From Balanoglossus misakiensis (Eukaryota; Animalia; Hemichordata): a stretch of 64,000 bases of DNA. The stretch spans positions 6,530,840-6,594,839 of the forward strand of contig CM082594.2 in assembly GCA_040954595.2 (NCBI GenBank). The letters are read 5' to 3'. Position 1 is the first letter of the stretch; each line of letters opens with the position of its first letter. The translations under genes were made by a program, and so were the position numbers. Positions 29,801 to 42,003 of the stretch are shown piece after piece. The notes below the pieces were generated by a model, which was given only the letters and a program-made list of their open reading frames with translations, did not search any database and had not been told where the DNA came from.

Positions 29801-30349
29801 GGTGCTTAAGGCAGCCACAGCGGTGCCGAATGCATGACAAAAACATGCCAATGACAAACATTCTGCTCATTGTCCCTTTAATGTCAAGGTTCAAGAGCCT
29901 CCAGCGAAAATATTTTTGTTTACGTCGTATAACCCAAACCATGCACTCTCGTTTTGAAGACAAGCTATGGTCACGGTGTGGTTCAGTGTGGGTGGTTGAT
30001 AAAGCTAATAGTGTCATATCCTATTACTAAAAGATGAAAGCGAACTTTCACATTTCAATAATTCAAAGGGTTCTCTAATAACATATTTATTTTTAATCTC
30101 CTTCGTTGATGGATTTCTTTTATTAGGAAACAGTTCAAATCTTCAGAAATATGATAGAAATTGGCGATTGGAAGATTTTTATATTCAACTTATTATTGAC
30201 TTTTTCGGGGAAACAATTTTTTTTCGACAGATGCAGAAGAAGAAGTGATAGACCTGGGATCGAATTTTGGTGATATTCTGGATGCCTACGTCAAAACTGG
30301 AAAGATTAGCCCGGAAGACGCCGACGGTATAAGGAACCTACTGAATTAA
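6579..30349 (+). CDS. SCG3: Secretogranin-3-like secreted acidic protein, 11 coding exons, 455 aa: join(6579-6651,14569-14606,19686-19716,25213-25413,25774-25922,26270-26377,26836-26959,27245-27346,27695-27982,29516-29650,30231-30349)
   Basis: All introns are GT-AG, phases are compatible (1,0,1,1,0,0,1,1,1,1) and the total is 1368 nt with no internal stop. N-terminal signal peptide and very high E/D content. Segments IADYIISTNDIESFVCVVQILIEDSLLSEDEASYLEEEV, FAGIIAREVVLGNLSPEDGEGYLD, NYLDNIREDIVWLED and DAYVKTGKISPEDADGIRNL match recalled human SCG3 blocks in the same order. Confidence 0.85.
11629..11740. repeat. Compound microsatellite (TATC)n(TGTC)n
   Basis: Directly visible. Confidence 0.97.
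14569..14606 (+). CDS. SCG3: SCG3-like exon 2 (38-nt microexon, ETGEDKDVNVPAQ)
   Basis: Acceptor TTTCTTTTCGTTTCAG, donor CAA|GTAAGA, phase 1 to 0. Confidence 0.75.
14732..14838. repeat. (GAT)n microsatellite interrupted by GGT, intronic
   Basis: Directly visible. Explains the poly-D ORF 14712..14933. Confidence 0.97.
19686..19716 (+). CDS. SCG3: SCG3-like exon 3 (31-nt microexon, INEVLPQEKL)
   Basis: Acceptor TTTTCCTTTTTTCCAG, donor G|GTAAGA. Phase 0 to 1 restores the frame between exons 2 and 4. Confidence 0.75.
25213..25413 (+). CDS. SCG3: SCG3-like exon 4 (acidic, AEEALEEVEASGGGSGDE...IDYDSFEK...DGY)
   Basis: Acceptor TTGTTTCATAG, donor G|GTAAGT. Overlaps track ORF 25224..25472. Confidence 0.9.
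25774..25922 (+). CDS. SCG3: SCG3-like exon 5 (GGDKCDVDFDTARLL...VQILIEDSL)
   Basis: Acceptor CTCTCTTCTCTCAG, donor CTG|GTGAGT, open frame, phase 1 to 0. Confidence 0.88.
26270..26377 (+). CDS. SCG3: SCG3-like exon 6 (LSEDEASYLEEEVSNELQRQL...PYGEE)
   Basis: Acceptor CCTTCCTTTCTAG, donor GAG|GTACGT, 108 nt, phase 0 to 0. Confidence 0.88.
26836..26959 (+). CDS. SCG3: SCG3-like exon 7 (IDVEEVEEPD...LYRQPPG)
   Basis: Acceptor TTTTCACAG, donor GAG|GTAATG, phase 0 to 1. Confidence 0.88.
27245..27346 (+). CDS. SCG3: SCG3-like exon 8 (EQQSAERALVQFAG...SPEDGEGYL)
   Basis: Acceptor TCTTTCAG, donor TAG|GTATGA, phase 1 to 1. Confidence 0.9.
27695..27982 (+). CDS. SCG3: SCG3-like exon 9 (long poly-E/D tract)
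   Basis: Acceptor TTTATTTCTCTTGAAG, donor AAG|GTAAAT. Overlaps track ORF 27724..27990. Phase 1 to 1. Confidence 0.88.
29516..29650 (+). CDS. SCG3: SCG3-like exon 10 (DTYYPEDEKF...YLDNIREDIVWLEDYG...EEIE)
   Basis: Acceptor TTTCTGATTCTCAG, donor AAG|GTAACA, phase 1 to 1. Confidence 0.9.
30231..30349 (+). CDS. SCG3: SCG3-like exon 11, terminal (DAEEEVIDLG...DAYVKTGKISPEDADGIRNLLN*)
   Basis: Acceptor TTTTTTTTCGACAG, stop TAA at 30347-30349. Confidence 0.9.
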
Positions 30350-33168
30350 AACAGGGAAAAATGTGGGCAGAGTTTCGAATTAAAAAAAAAAAAAGGAAAC
30401 ACGTCAGCGTACGTCTCTTGAACTTTCTACATTTTGCAAAAGAAAGACCGGAAGTCATGTAAAAAAACAGAACAGATTGGAAACCTTTCTTTTTGATATG
30501 GATATGTTAACACCGTATCAAACTGTTGCCAGCACAGGAGAAGTGGTAATACAGAACTGGACGGCCGTGACGGTGCGCATGCGTGGCGTGGAGATGACGC
30601 CATATTGCATGTGGACACTCTAAAACTTGTCTCTTTTCTCTACCAATCAGCAACTACGTGACTCTCTGCCTGGTGTAACACTTGATGTGCCTTTTTAACC
30701 ATGTAGAAGGTACAAGAGACCCATTTTTATGACATGGACGGGCGTGCGGCTCAAGAAGTTAAAAGATGGATGACATCGACGAATGTAAACATTACCGATG
30801 ATATAGTTCATTTACAAAGCAAAACTTAAGAAAATGGAACAATTCTTCCCGAAAGTTTTCACTTTATCTCAGTTTCAGCATGCACATTTGTACTCTCATA
30901 TTAGCTAAGCCATTTAATACTCTCATATATATATAGCCTGTCAACAGTTTTGAGTGCAAATTGAAGGGAAATCTGGTATTAATTATACTGATCCTTCCCA
31001 AAAAGCTTTTACCACCTGAAATTTACATTTTCTGGTTGAATGATCTGTAAGGGACTATTGAACCAAATATCTTTACATGCTTTCTGAGAGGAAAGCCCAC
31101 AAAGCAACAATGCCTGTCTTTATTTTAAATCCTTTGCCTCTGGCTCACATATTACTTGTTTGAACAGGAGAGCAATCAGTCCGATGATGATTGTGTTTTT
31201 TCAGGTTTTTGTCTTTGTTTGTTCGTTTGCTCTAACTGGGTCTCATGAGCTGGTACCAGTAGCAAAATTCCACCCACGGAGTCCCAGAACATTTGTTCTC
31301 ATTCATTGCAGTCTGACCCTTGACATTAAAGATCGAATCTCCAGTACAATTTGCCATGCTTTATCAGTCTGTCAAGTGAACGAGTACAAAGCTACGGGCC
31401 TCTCGTGGGCGAACCGGCGCAGCCATCAAAAATTCCTTCACCCTGCCGCCATTTTCATTTGTCAGGCATTTTTAACAATCGCATAAACAAAGATGATGTT
31501 ACTGTATAGGATCGAAACATTTTCTGAGAGTTACTATTTATGGGCATGATAAATTATGATTACAATCTATCTGTACATCTATCAATCTATATTTCAGTGC
31601 TGTCCTACGCACGCCACCTTTAATCTCTCTATCTACTGTAATTGTCGTCTCACTCAAAATCCAGTTATATTTTCAATCTTCAAATATGAATATATATAAA
31701 TATATATAAATATATATACAACTGTACTGCTTATAATATTATTGTGGCGATGGTTTAGTCGAGGAGGAATAATTTAAGACGTATTTCTAAAAGTGCAATT
31801 TTAGTGAGGTTGCTGAATGTGACAGGATTTTGGTATGTGTCAATCTTTGAAACAGACTGCCACAAACTTTCAGCGAATCTGTAGTGTTTTAAGTGTTTAT
31901 TTATAATTATTCATTGATTGGCATATTCATTTATTTATTGCATCAGTTTATCCTGAAAACATATCCAACTCTGATTCAAAAGCAACTGATAGGATCCTCA
32001 TTCCTTGCCTTATTGATAATACCGCTTACTTTGTGGGTACAACCCTTCCAACGCGTCTTTCGTCAATTACACTTCACTAAACAAACGTACAGGGTTGATT
32101 CAAATTAGTATGTTTAAGGTTACAATCATATGCATGTACATGTACCCATATATGGTTAAAAGGGCGTGTGTGAGTCTTCTAAAGAACATGTGGTGGTGCT
32201 CTTTTTTGCGTGGCCACCACGTGAAAATATGTGTTCGGCTTTTTCCACGGTAACAGTGGTTAAATTTGCATAGTTGACATGTACCTTTATCCAATTCGCG
32301 CATTTCCACCCATATAACACTATAAATAGAATTGCTCATATTTTAGCTTCAACCCTAAGTGGTATATATTGCCACAGCAGAAAATCAAAGCCATTTCTGT
32401 CTCAGAGTACAATTTTTTGCTTTGTCATCGCTCTACGCTTTATACCTTGATCATATTAATATGTTATAAGATATTTCTCAAGTAGAGTTCTGTGGTTCAT
32501 ACTTCATGCGTTATGTTCATTAATATTTGACCCCGGTCAGCATGGATTTGAGAATTTTATTTCTTGTGGAATGTACAGAAGCCAGTTCGAGTAAAAAAAA
32601 GCCATGCTTTAATAGTACAAGCAAACTTGATATCTGCAATTTATGTAGATCGCTGCTTATTTAATAGCGTATGGTTGCTCTGGTTGTGGGTGGATGGCCG
32701 ACGTTTCATTTCTTTCTGACGTAGGTTAAACACGCTGGCATGGCAACGAAGTTGTCAATTTCCCGCTCTAAACGTGGGACAGTTTTAGAGTTGCGCGAAG
32801 GACAGAGGTCAGATATTGTCGATATTTTTAGCCAATTGAATTTGACAGCTGGAGCGTTTACAAGTGATGTAAGATAGGTTGATCGCGCTGCGATATTTTC
32901 AGACACAGGTGCTTCGTTGTAGGGTTTAATTTAATAACAGAATTGTACATCGATATCAAGTTGAAATAAAATTTGCCATGTCCTGTTTTAATATGACTGC
33001 TTCTTGTCTTATTGTTAATTTTATCTCCCTGGACTCATAATCATATGTTTCACTTCTTCTGTAATGCCTATAAGTTACAGTAGGCATATTGCCTTTTAAT
33101 TTATTTAGGTAAGATCTTTCGATCTGGTTTTCTGTTCTAATCATTAGACCACGTGTGTATTATCTAGC

Positions 33169-33213
<45 letters not shown>
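33169..33213. repeat. (CAT)n microsatellite
   Basis: Directly visible. Confidence 0.95.
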
Positions 33214-36200
33214 TTTGCCGAAGTCAACCTCATTTTCCTAAGATCCAAGACAGTATCCTATAATATATGCTCTGATGCTAAAATGACATTTCAAGCGTTG
33301 GAAATTGAGATTAAAAAACACCACCCACACAAGCATTCTCGATGACACACATGGAGAAAATGAGAACACAGCTTCCGTTGTCAAAGAAAGCATACTTTCA
33401 TTTTTTGGCACAAACAAAAGAGAAAAATAAGCTGCCTCTCTACATCCGCATGTTTTTACAGATGTGCAAATTATGTGCTGACGAACATCGTGACACAAAA
33501 TGAAAATGTGGGTGTACCGCGCATTTTTGGAAGTTGAGTTTTGCCTGTTGAAGTTTTCATTGTTCTAGTAACCGAGCAACGGACGTTAATCATGTTTACG
33601 CATGTCGCGTTTCATAAATTGCAATCCATTATGTCCTTCATAAAGGTAACATTATTGGACGAAAACATGTGTACGTGATTACTTAGTTAACAGTACCCTG
33701 AAGTGTGATGTATACATACATATACCGGTATACCGGTACATACAAACGCACACACACATCATACACACAACACCAAAAACTGAAAATGGGTTAATGATTA
33801 ACGCGCCTGCGCAACCACAAGTACGACAAGAAAATGTCATGCTAATGGATTTTAGATGTCCTTGGCGGAAGAAACCATGTAATTGTTGCTATCAGCGTAG
33901 ATGAAATGTTCTTACGATGACATCGCCTTTCTTAGAAGGTCTGTATCAAAACACTGATCACATGACCCACCTAAACGACTACAGAATGCTAATCCTAATG
34001 TGTTTAGAATCACCGTGTAATGCGTACTAATCACAGATGAGAGAGTTTCCAATGGATCGATGAGTATCCTTGGAAAGAATCTACCAAGACTGCTCTCCAA
34101 GGACTCATGTGGTGAACATGTATCTCCGCATCATCTGTATTTTTAAACCAGCACCATCCATCAAACCGCAGGGCACTTGTTATTCTTCCCGAGACGTTTA
34201 TTACATGCAGGTGACTTATATAAGGGACTCAAAGAAAAGCACGGATTCGTTAAAATGTGGCGTTTTAAGGTGATATAACGGTGAATAATGCGATGTAAGA
34301 TAGGGCTGATGAAACAGGGAGATTTTTATCGTCATGGGCATTTCACGACAATAACTTCCTACACACAGATAAAAAAGATATGGTTTGGCTGAGTTTGTGT
34401 GGCATGGATCACAGAAATCCCACTGAGAAAGACAAGATGCAATAAGAAAAGACATCAGCGTGTTCTTGGCTGAATGTGTTGAGTTGTCTTGTGACAGCTC
34501 TGTGAGCGATGAAAACCCATTTTTCAACCACCTTTGGTTCAGATCGTTAATATTCCTGTGATAAAAACATGCCACAATTTACATGTTGATCGAAAAATGC
34601 ATGAGTGATTTTGAACGTATTGAATAATCTGTATATTAGTAGTATCTTTTGTCCTCTAGAAAATAGCAACTGTCATCCCCGACAACAGAAACGAATAAGA
34701 GCGACAGTTAGATCGAACTGAACCTACAGATAATCAATGTTTCGTGATACAAAAGACAGTGTAACCTTCAGTTAAATATTCCATGCTCTGTCACATGGTG
34801 AAGGCTTGCTTTAGCCTGAGGAAAAGAATTCCCCACCAACTTCTCTATTCAAATTTCAATGGAAATTCAATGGAATGCCTTTATCAGGAACACTGCTTTA
34901 TAGGGAACTTATAGTTACTTTAAACACGATGATGTACTGGACAAATTTTCTCGCCCAGAATATGCAATAATTATAGTGTGATTTGACCCCTTAGCGCAAA
35001 CACGACAATAAACGAAGTTGCAAGGCGAAACATTGAATAAACTGTATAATCGCACATAGTATTTACATTTATTAATATTTCATCAACTGAAGGTTCTCTC
35101 GGCAACGAATAACATCAGCTGCGTCCGTTGTTGTGGCTATTAATCTCAGAGCAATTTGTAAACGACAAATCCAATTATTCCGATCCCATGTGACACAAGC
35201 AGTTGTTGCCATCGAAACGCGGCAACTCCACTGACAGTTCCATTCACACACTTTGAAGGCACCAAATGTGCTCTGGTAAACTACACGGAAGCGCGGACTT
35301 GGCAAATGTTAATGAAAGCAAGATATACATTTTTCTCCCGCTTGGAGAACTGACGAACACGACATCGTGAAATACTTTTCCCCGCGAGACTGATACCCCC
35401 AGCGTTGTTTCGATTGTCGTGATACCTTAATCACCACGAGAAAACTCCCTTAAGATTTAAATTTATCGCGAGGAACTACACGTATGGGTCACTTTACCGC
35501 CAACGGCAACAAAAATGGCTACATTTTAGTGAGATAAAAACTACCCACACATTGTTTTGAACATGTAATCACGCCCAAACAGTCAAGTCTGTTTCCGAGA
35601 AAAAGGACGGTTTCTCCTCCTTCTACAGATGTTGCATCAGCTTAACGGTTCAATACATCTCATTCTTACCTATTGTAAATTGAACAAAGTAGGCTTTGTT
35701 CAACAAATGAAGTGGGATCATAGGAGCAAAATTCTAAGAATCACATAGCCATATCCTTTCTATCCCTTGCAGTCATGTGTACAGTCCAGCGTCTCAGGCA
35801 TTATTAACATTGTAATCTGCAGACTCTATAGATCGAATTCCATACTACTATCTGATACAAGTCTGGGTAGATTTATTTCCCATTATCTAATGCAATTTCA
35901 AATAAGGAATGACTGATGAAAAATGTGCAGGAAATCTACCCGCAGGCACATCCGTGAAGCCTTATTTTTTTTACAGAAAAAATGGAAGGCAAAGAGCCTC
36001 AAAGGGTGAAGAACCGATATGATTTCATTATTCCCCCCGAGAATATAATTGGGGTGTATGGAATATTTACAATTCAATATTCGTACGCCATTGGCGTTGT
36101 ATTAATGGAACAGTGCGGTTATTACTCCCCGTTCCTGATATGTGTCTGACATGCTGTTACATGTCCATCAACCACTTTGACCGAGGTGTTAGAAGGTTTT

Positions 36201-39200
36201 CACGCGACTCTAACCCCTACAACGTTCAGCAACGTTTTCAGTGAACAACTGCATAAAATATATTACAAAGAAATTAGACCTCTATAGATGTTTGTAGTTT
36301 TGCTCCAAGCATTTGCCGCTCGGATACAATTGTCAATGTGGAATTGCACCACACAGTTTTGGGTAAAACTCCTCAGTATACGAAAGTGAAGGGTTCGTAA
36401 AATAGGTCAGTGACCACATTATTTTCAGAAGTGTGCATAAATTTCATTATTTATGCCACATTAACTTTCATAAAAATTAAGTAGTTAAATGCCCCGGTAG
36501 AGCACAGGCAGTCTTGATTAAAATGATTATTAGCTTAATTACTTTCAATTTGTGAAAAAGAAGGTCAATTTAAAGTATAGGACATGATTAGCTAATCAAA
36601 AGACAAGTACTGGTACAGTACATGAAACAACATAATTTCTCGGGTTCTGCAACAGATTGATTCAGTCGCCCACATCGCAAAAAACAAGGAAATGCCATCT
36701 TATGAATGTTCATTTATTCTGAAAGCCATTTCCTTTAATGGTGATCAGCAATCCTGATCCAAGCATCCACCTGACGTCGATTGATACTAGAGTGATATCA
36801 ACTGTCATGGGTGTAATTCCAGGAGGCATCCGTACTGGAGATCGTCTCATTTTCCCAACAGAAATAGAGAGAAGTTTAGAATGGCCTGAAATGGCACATT
36901 CCATCACAAAACGCTACTATTCACAAACACTGTCTCACGAGGAAAGTATGAAGATTGAGTTAAACTGTGACAACAGCATTCTAAGAAATATTTGTAACAG
37001 CTTACCCCTCTAGAGGATAAATTACGCCATCAAGTGTAAGCGGAACACTGCTCAGTTATCAGGGGAAATATGTACCCTTATAATCTCAATCTATCTCGTC
37101 GGCTCAATTGCTCCCCGACCTCAAATACAGAGTAATCTAATGCCACAAAAGCTGCCTGCTGAAGCTGTTGGGAAGATCTGAACATTTCCTCAGACACTTT
37201 TTTCATCAACTTTCTTTTAAAACGTTTTCCTGTTAATATGTAAATTATTCCCTTTAGAATCAACTTTGTAAAAACCAGTTGTCTTGTTCACCAATGTTCG
37301 TAATACTGTATCAGTTCGTCATTTTCATAAAATCAAATAGCCGCATGACCATCACACTATATTCAGCAGTATTGGTGCAGACTGAGAAGATATATGTTAC
37401 AGTATAATGCCGTCTTGCCTATTAAAATGCAAAACCATGGTCATTGGAATCACAAACACACAAAGGATGCAAAAGTAAGCTGTTATAAGACACCATGGTG
37501 GAAACAAAGACTTTAATGTAGCTTGGTGTCAACTTGCCGCCATCAAACCCATAAGCAACATCAAGCACTTGACTGGTATTAACTTAAAAGTTGATCTGGC
37601 ACTCTGACACGCATGCCCAGACAATACAATCTTTTCAGAAGCGCAGTTACTTTTACAGCAATGAAAGAATGGCTACAAATTTCACGTTGCAGAAAATATG
37701 CAATCGCCAGTGTCTGATTGTTCTTAACACTGGTACATTAAAGGTACCTAATAAATAGTACATTGGGGTATCCCAGAATTAATATGACAATGTAAGAACA
37801 TGTACAACAATTCGAAAATCGTTGCATGCTCAGTCAAAGGGGCATTATTTTCATGAATTTACTCCAACTAAAATAAAATCCCCTGCGTCACAGATGAGGC
37901 AAGCCAGTTTTATAGTTTAAAGGTACAAAATGAAAGTCAAATGCAAAACCAGAGCAAATGACAAAGTGACAACACGTGAAATATTGACACGTTTCGCAAT
38001 CAGCAAAACATTTGCCATCACATTGGGAGACACGACTTACATGCATGTGAAAGTCATCGAGGCGCACACCGCCCACGCGTTCAATTTTATCAGCATTTGA
38101 AAATGAGTCGAGAAGGACTCCTTTGTTGATTGCAGGGCGCTTAGAATGGAAAAATACAAGTGGGAAGAATCATCACAGATACTATCTGCCTCAATTTTCC
38201 TGGCGAAATGTCATCACGCCGCTCTTTCACATTTTCAATTTACGTGGTATCTGGAATTTGACTCGTGGTGTTGAGACAAAATGCTGACGTGATGATTGCG
38301 AAAAACTGGGCGAGAAAAATATATGTTTTGAATTCGTGTCGGGGCTCCTGTTCTGAGTAGGCGTTCTACATCTAATGGAAGCCTTGTGGCCATCAATAAT
38401 TGTGTTCTCTGAGATACCTCTAATCTTGACCGCTCTAAGCAAAACGGTCGGTCTGGCATTTTGAAAAGCTCTGCCAAGTCTGATAGAGTTGAGGCCTGCA
38501 TATTATGTATTGCATGTTTGTAACTAGCTGCGACAGCGTTGATATTGCTTTGGGTATGTGTCTGTTTGCATTGCCTGAGACTTGATGGTTGGGATGAATT
38601 TGTAATCTAACACAGACATCCGATTATTGCCTTCTTTGATTATTGTATGGTTTTGTAGATGACACTTTGAAACCACGATGTGCAAAATACAACAACCATG
38701 CGTGCTTTGCATAATTATGCCACCTTGTTTAATAACAAGGTGGGGAAGTTTGGCAGCACTTTCTTCTGAGAGGGCGCTGTGACCCTACACATTCAAGTAT
38801 GTGAAAAGATGATGTTCTTCTTGGAACTGCTGTCAAATGTTATCAGATGTTCTATATTGTGTTAATCACTTAATAATTGATACAAGAGGAATCAATTTCT
38901 CAGGTTGGATTGTAAAATGTCACAAGTGTTAACGGAGTGCGACTTTAAAGTTTTATGACATATTGATTAGGTCAAAGACAGTGTCCTTTATCAGTTGTGA
39001 TGTTGGAGATCATTCTCAAGTTGCCATGACTCCTCAAGAGTACAGCCAAATGACCTTCAAGATTAGACGGACATGTATTTTACATGTGACACTTACAGAC
39101 ACATTGTCTGTGACGTGATGTGTCATTTGAGTCTGCCTAATTACATTGTACTGATAATTTCCCCTATTCTGTCAACAGATCAAGACTTAATAATAATATA

Positions 39201-39242
39201 CGACTTTAGCTTGCGCCTGGAAGTCTGCAAACTGTCTATACA

Positions 39243-39266
39243 TGTATATATATGTATGTATGTATG

Positions 39267-39300
<34 letters not shown>

Positions 39301-39453
39301 TGTATGTATGTATGTATGTATGTATGTATGTATGTATGTATGTATGTATGTATGTATGTATGTATGTATGTATGTATGTATGTATGTATGTATGTATGTA
39401 TGTATGTATGTATGTATGTATGTATGTATGTATGTATGTATGTATGTATGTAT
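39243..39453. repeat. (TATG)n microsatellite, ~210 bp
   Basis: Directly visible. Explains the MYVC-repeat ORFs. Confidence 0.98.
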
Positions 39454-42003
39454 CAGCAGAACACGTCTAAGAAAGACTTTGAAGATGGCTCTTTAAATGT
39501 GAATCTGTTTACTACACAGCTAGGTTACAAAGTGCTGAACACGCCAACACTATCAGATTTCAAATTGCAAAGAGAGAGAGAGAGATTACTTTAAGATATC
39601 ATTTGATACATTGTCAAAAATTTAGGACGTCATAACAGAGACTTTAAAATTTAAGTAAAGTGGGAGTAATCATTATGGATAACTAGAGAATTTGCAAAAA
39701 TTTGAGTTGCATGAAACCCACTCAATGCGAAATCAGTATGAAACAAGGAATAGGATCTACGTGTATACGGTTTTCTGAAATGTCAAACGGTCCATTTTGA
39801 ATGTATCGCGATCGAAAAATTACACTTTACTATTAACCAAAATCGTCAATCTTGCAAATGAGAGTTTAATGAATGTCGTCAGTGTTTATAAATGTCAACA
39901 TGTTTTTGTATCTGGAGGCGCAGAGCGTCTGGGTATTCGGCATTAAGTTCAGCCAGCATATTACGGCAACAATTGACGCTGGAATTAGTTAGACATCCAT
40001 TACACCACAATCATTAGGGAAATTGTTACTCGGGGTTATGGCATCGTTTAGGAATTAATATGGATCTTAAAAACATCTCCCACTGGCTTACTTTTAAATT
40101 CCAACTTTGGATAATCTACCACAATCAGTATTTAGAAGTTTATACACCAAGGATATTTTCAATGGATTTATTTGAGATATTCGCTTGCACACCTACGACT
40201 CTGATATTAACTCTTCTATGGAATCGAGTTTAATGATGAAACAGGAAATGCAATCAGAAACATGCTGCTCATAATGAGAGACTCGTTGTCAAAATCCTGC
40301 AAAGACACGAGTCCCTGTGGAGGAACAAATGCAATATGCAGACAAACCAGTCATTACTGCATCTGTACTTTTTATTAAAGAGGCTGATTCCTGTCCTAAA
40401 ACCTCCCGATGTAGCCAGTAGCGACGTCTGCTCTATTACAGTCTATTAATATTTTGGCAGAATTCTTGGAAATCGGCAAGTCTCTGAATGCTACGGCAAT
40501 TAAGTGCATGGACCTCGAATGGATGTGGATATAAGGACTGCATATAGTCATTTTCTTCAAGTTTAGCCTAGGGTCAGTCAATGCACTTGGGCCAGTGTAC
40601 GTCTGAATGTTGCTGACTGTACTCTATTGGATTAAACACGGTGCTCAAAGTGTTCTCATGAGAGTGATTGATAATGATCTGTCGATTAGCCACTAGCCAT
40701 TTTATAAATGATGATGAGTAAATTTAATAATGCACATGTATAATTAAAGAATATGTGATAGTGTATAAGCTAGAAGTAATGTGCATGTATAGAATAAAGT
40801 CGCTGTCGTCTTTGAGGGTCATGGACTCGTATCTACGTAAACTGAGTGACCTATAAACAACAAATTTCAAGGTTAAACACCTGCACAAATTGTTTCATGG
40901 CTTCAGAGCTCTACACAATTCACAGTCATTAAAATTTCACCAAGTTTAGCGTTTTTAAGGTGACTAATAACATCTGCTGCATAGTCTCAAAGCTACTTCG
41001 TTCAAGACAAATGCACTTATTTCGGTTCAAGGTGAAACCGGACTCATGGGGCTGCCGCATTTACAACTGTGAATTTCACACGCACTTACAGTTAAGTTGA
41101 TTTATGCCGAGCTAGCTGGCACCTGCTACGAGAAACACGTCCAGTTGAAAAATGTGGCCATAACTAAAAATCTACTAAAGTATCTTCAAAAGAAATTTTG
41201 ATATTTTCACGGGAAATAACCAATCACAATAAAGTTGAAAACACCATCGCTACTTATATAGAGGGCGCTTTCAGTTTTACAAAGTCTACAGTCCTACACC
41301 AATGTCAAATCATTTACGACCTTACTTGTATGAGCTCATCAAAGTCTTCAGTAGAACATCAGCACAAACTCAGACTGCCAGACGTTATACTCATAGCAAG
41401 GGTGGACTGGCTGACTCCACTGTGAAAGTGTCTATTTTTCAGACCTATTTATAATAAGATTCACTTTTGGTGAAATTATCACATTATGAGTTTTGTTCCT
41501 TCTTACCATATTTTTTTCCCACACAGCACTTGTTCCTTTGCACGCTCCAGAAGAAAAGGTCGCTGAACCTAACATTTACAAGTACACCATCTCAGAATCC
41601 TCTGGCAGACGACACCTTGGCAACTCTGAAAAGAAATAAACTGTCACTAGAGGGCGCCATAGCAAAACCATGACAACACAACTTAAGACGTTCCAGCCAC
41701 AATGGAGGATGGATGCTTAGCAAATTTTCAAGTTGCTTTCAATATATGGCATCAGTTGTAAATAGTGTATAATCATTTCAAGCAGAGGAGCTGTAACGTT
41801 TCAGTGACGTTTTATTCTGCAGTATTTTTGTTTTATGAAGTGGACTTTTCTTGTTTTAATTTTGACATCCACAATCTGACTTTTCAATGCAGTACATTAT
41901 GAGCACACAAGTTCATTTAGCATTGTCAAGTGATTTTTAGTAGTAGTCTGGCCTATATGTGTTTTTTTACACACATACACGGTCAGAGGTGGTGAGTTAT
42001 TAT

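Noticed and set aside
29789-30030. Extra exon in the last intron (acceptor-like CCTCCAG)
   Set aside because: No convincing in-phase donor, and the peptide composition is unlike the rest of the protein.
33723-33738. 16-bp palindrome TACCGGTATACCGGTA
   Set aside because: A short tandem duplication of a palindromic 8-mer in low-complexity sequence, with no functional evidence.
36738-37013. 91-aa protein-like ORF
   Set aside because: No recognisable motif or supporting exons. It may be a decayed fragment but cannot be supported.
39073-39594. 173-aa MYVC-repeat ORF
   Set aside because: Artifact of the (TATG)n microsatellite.
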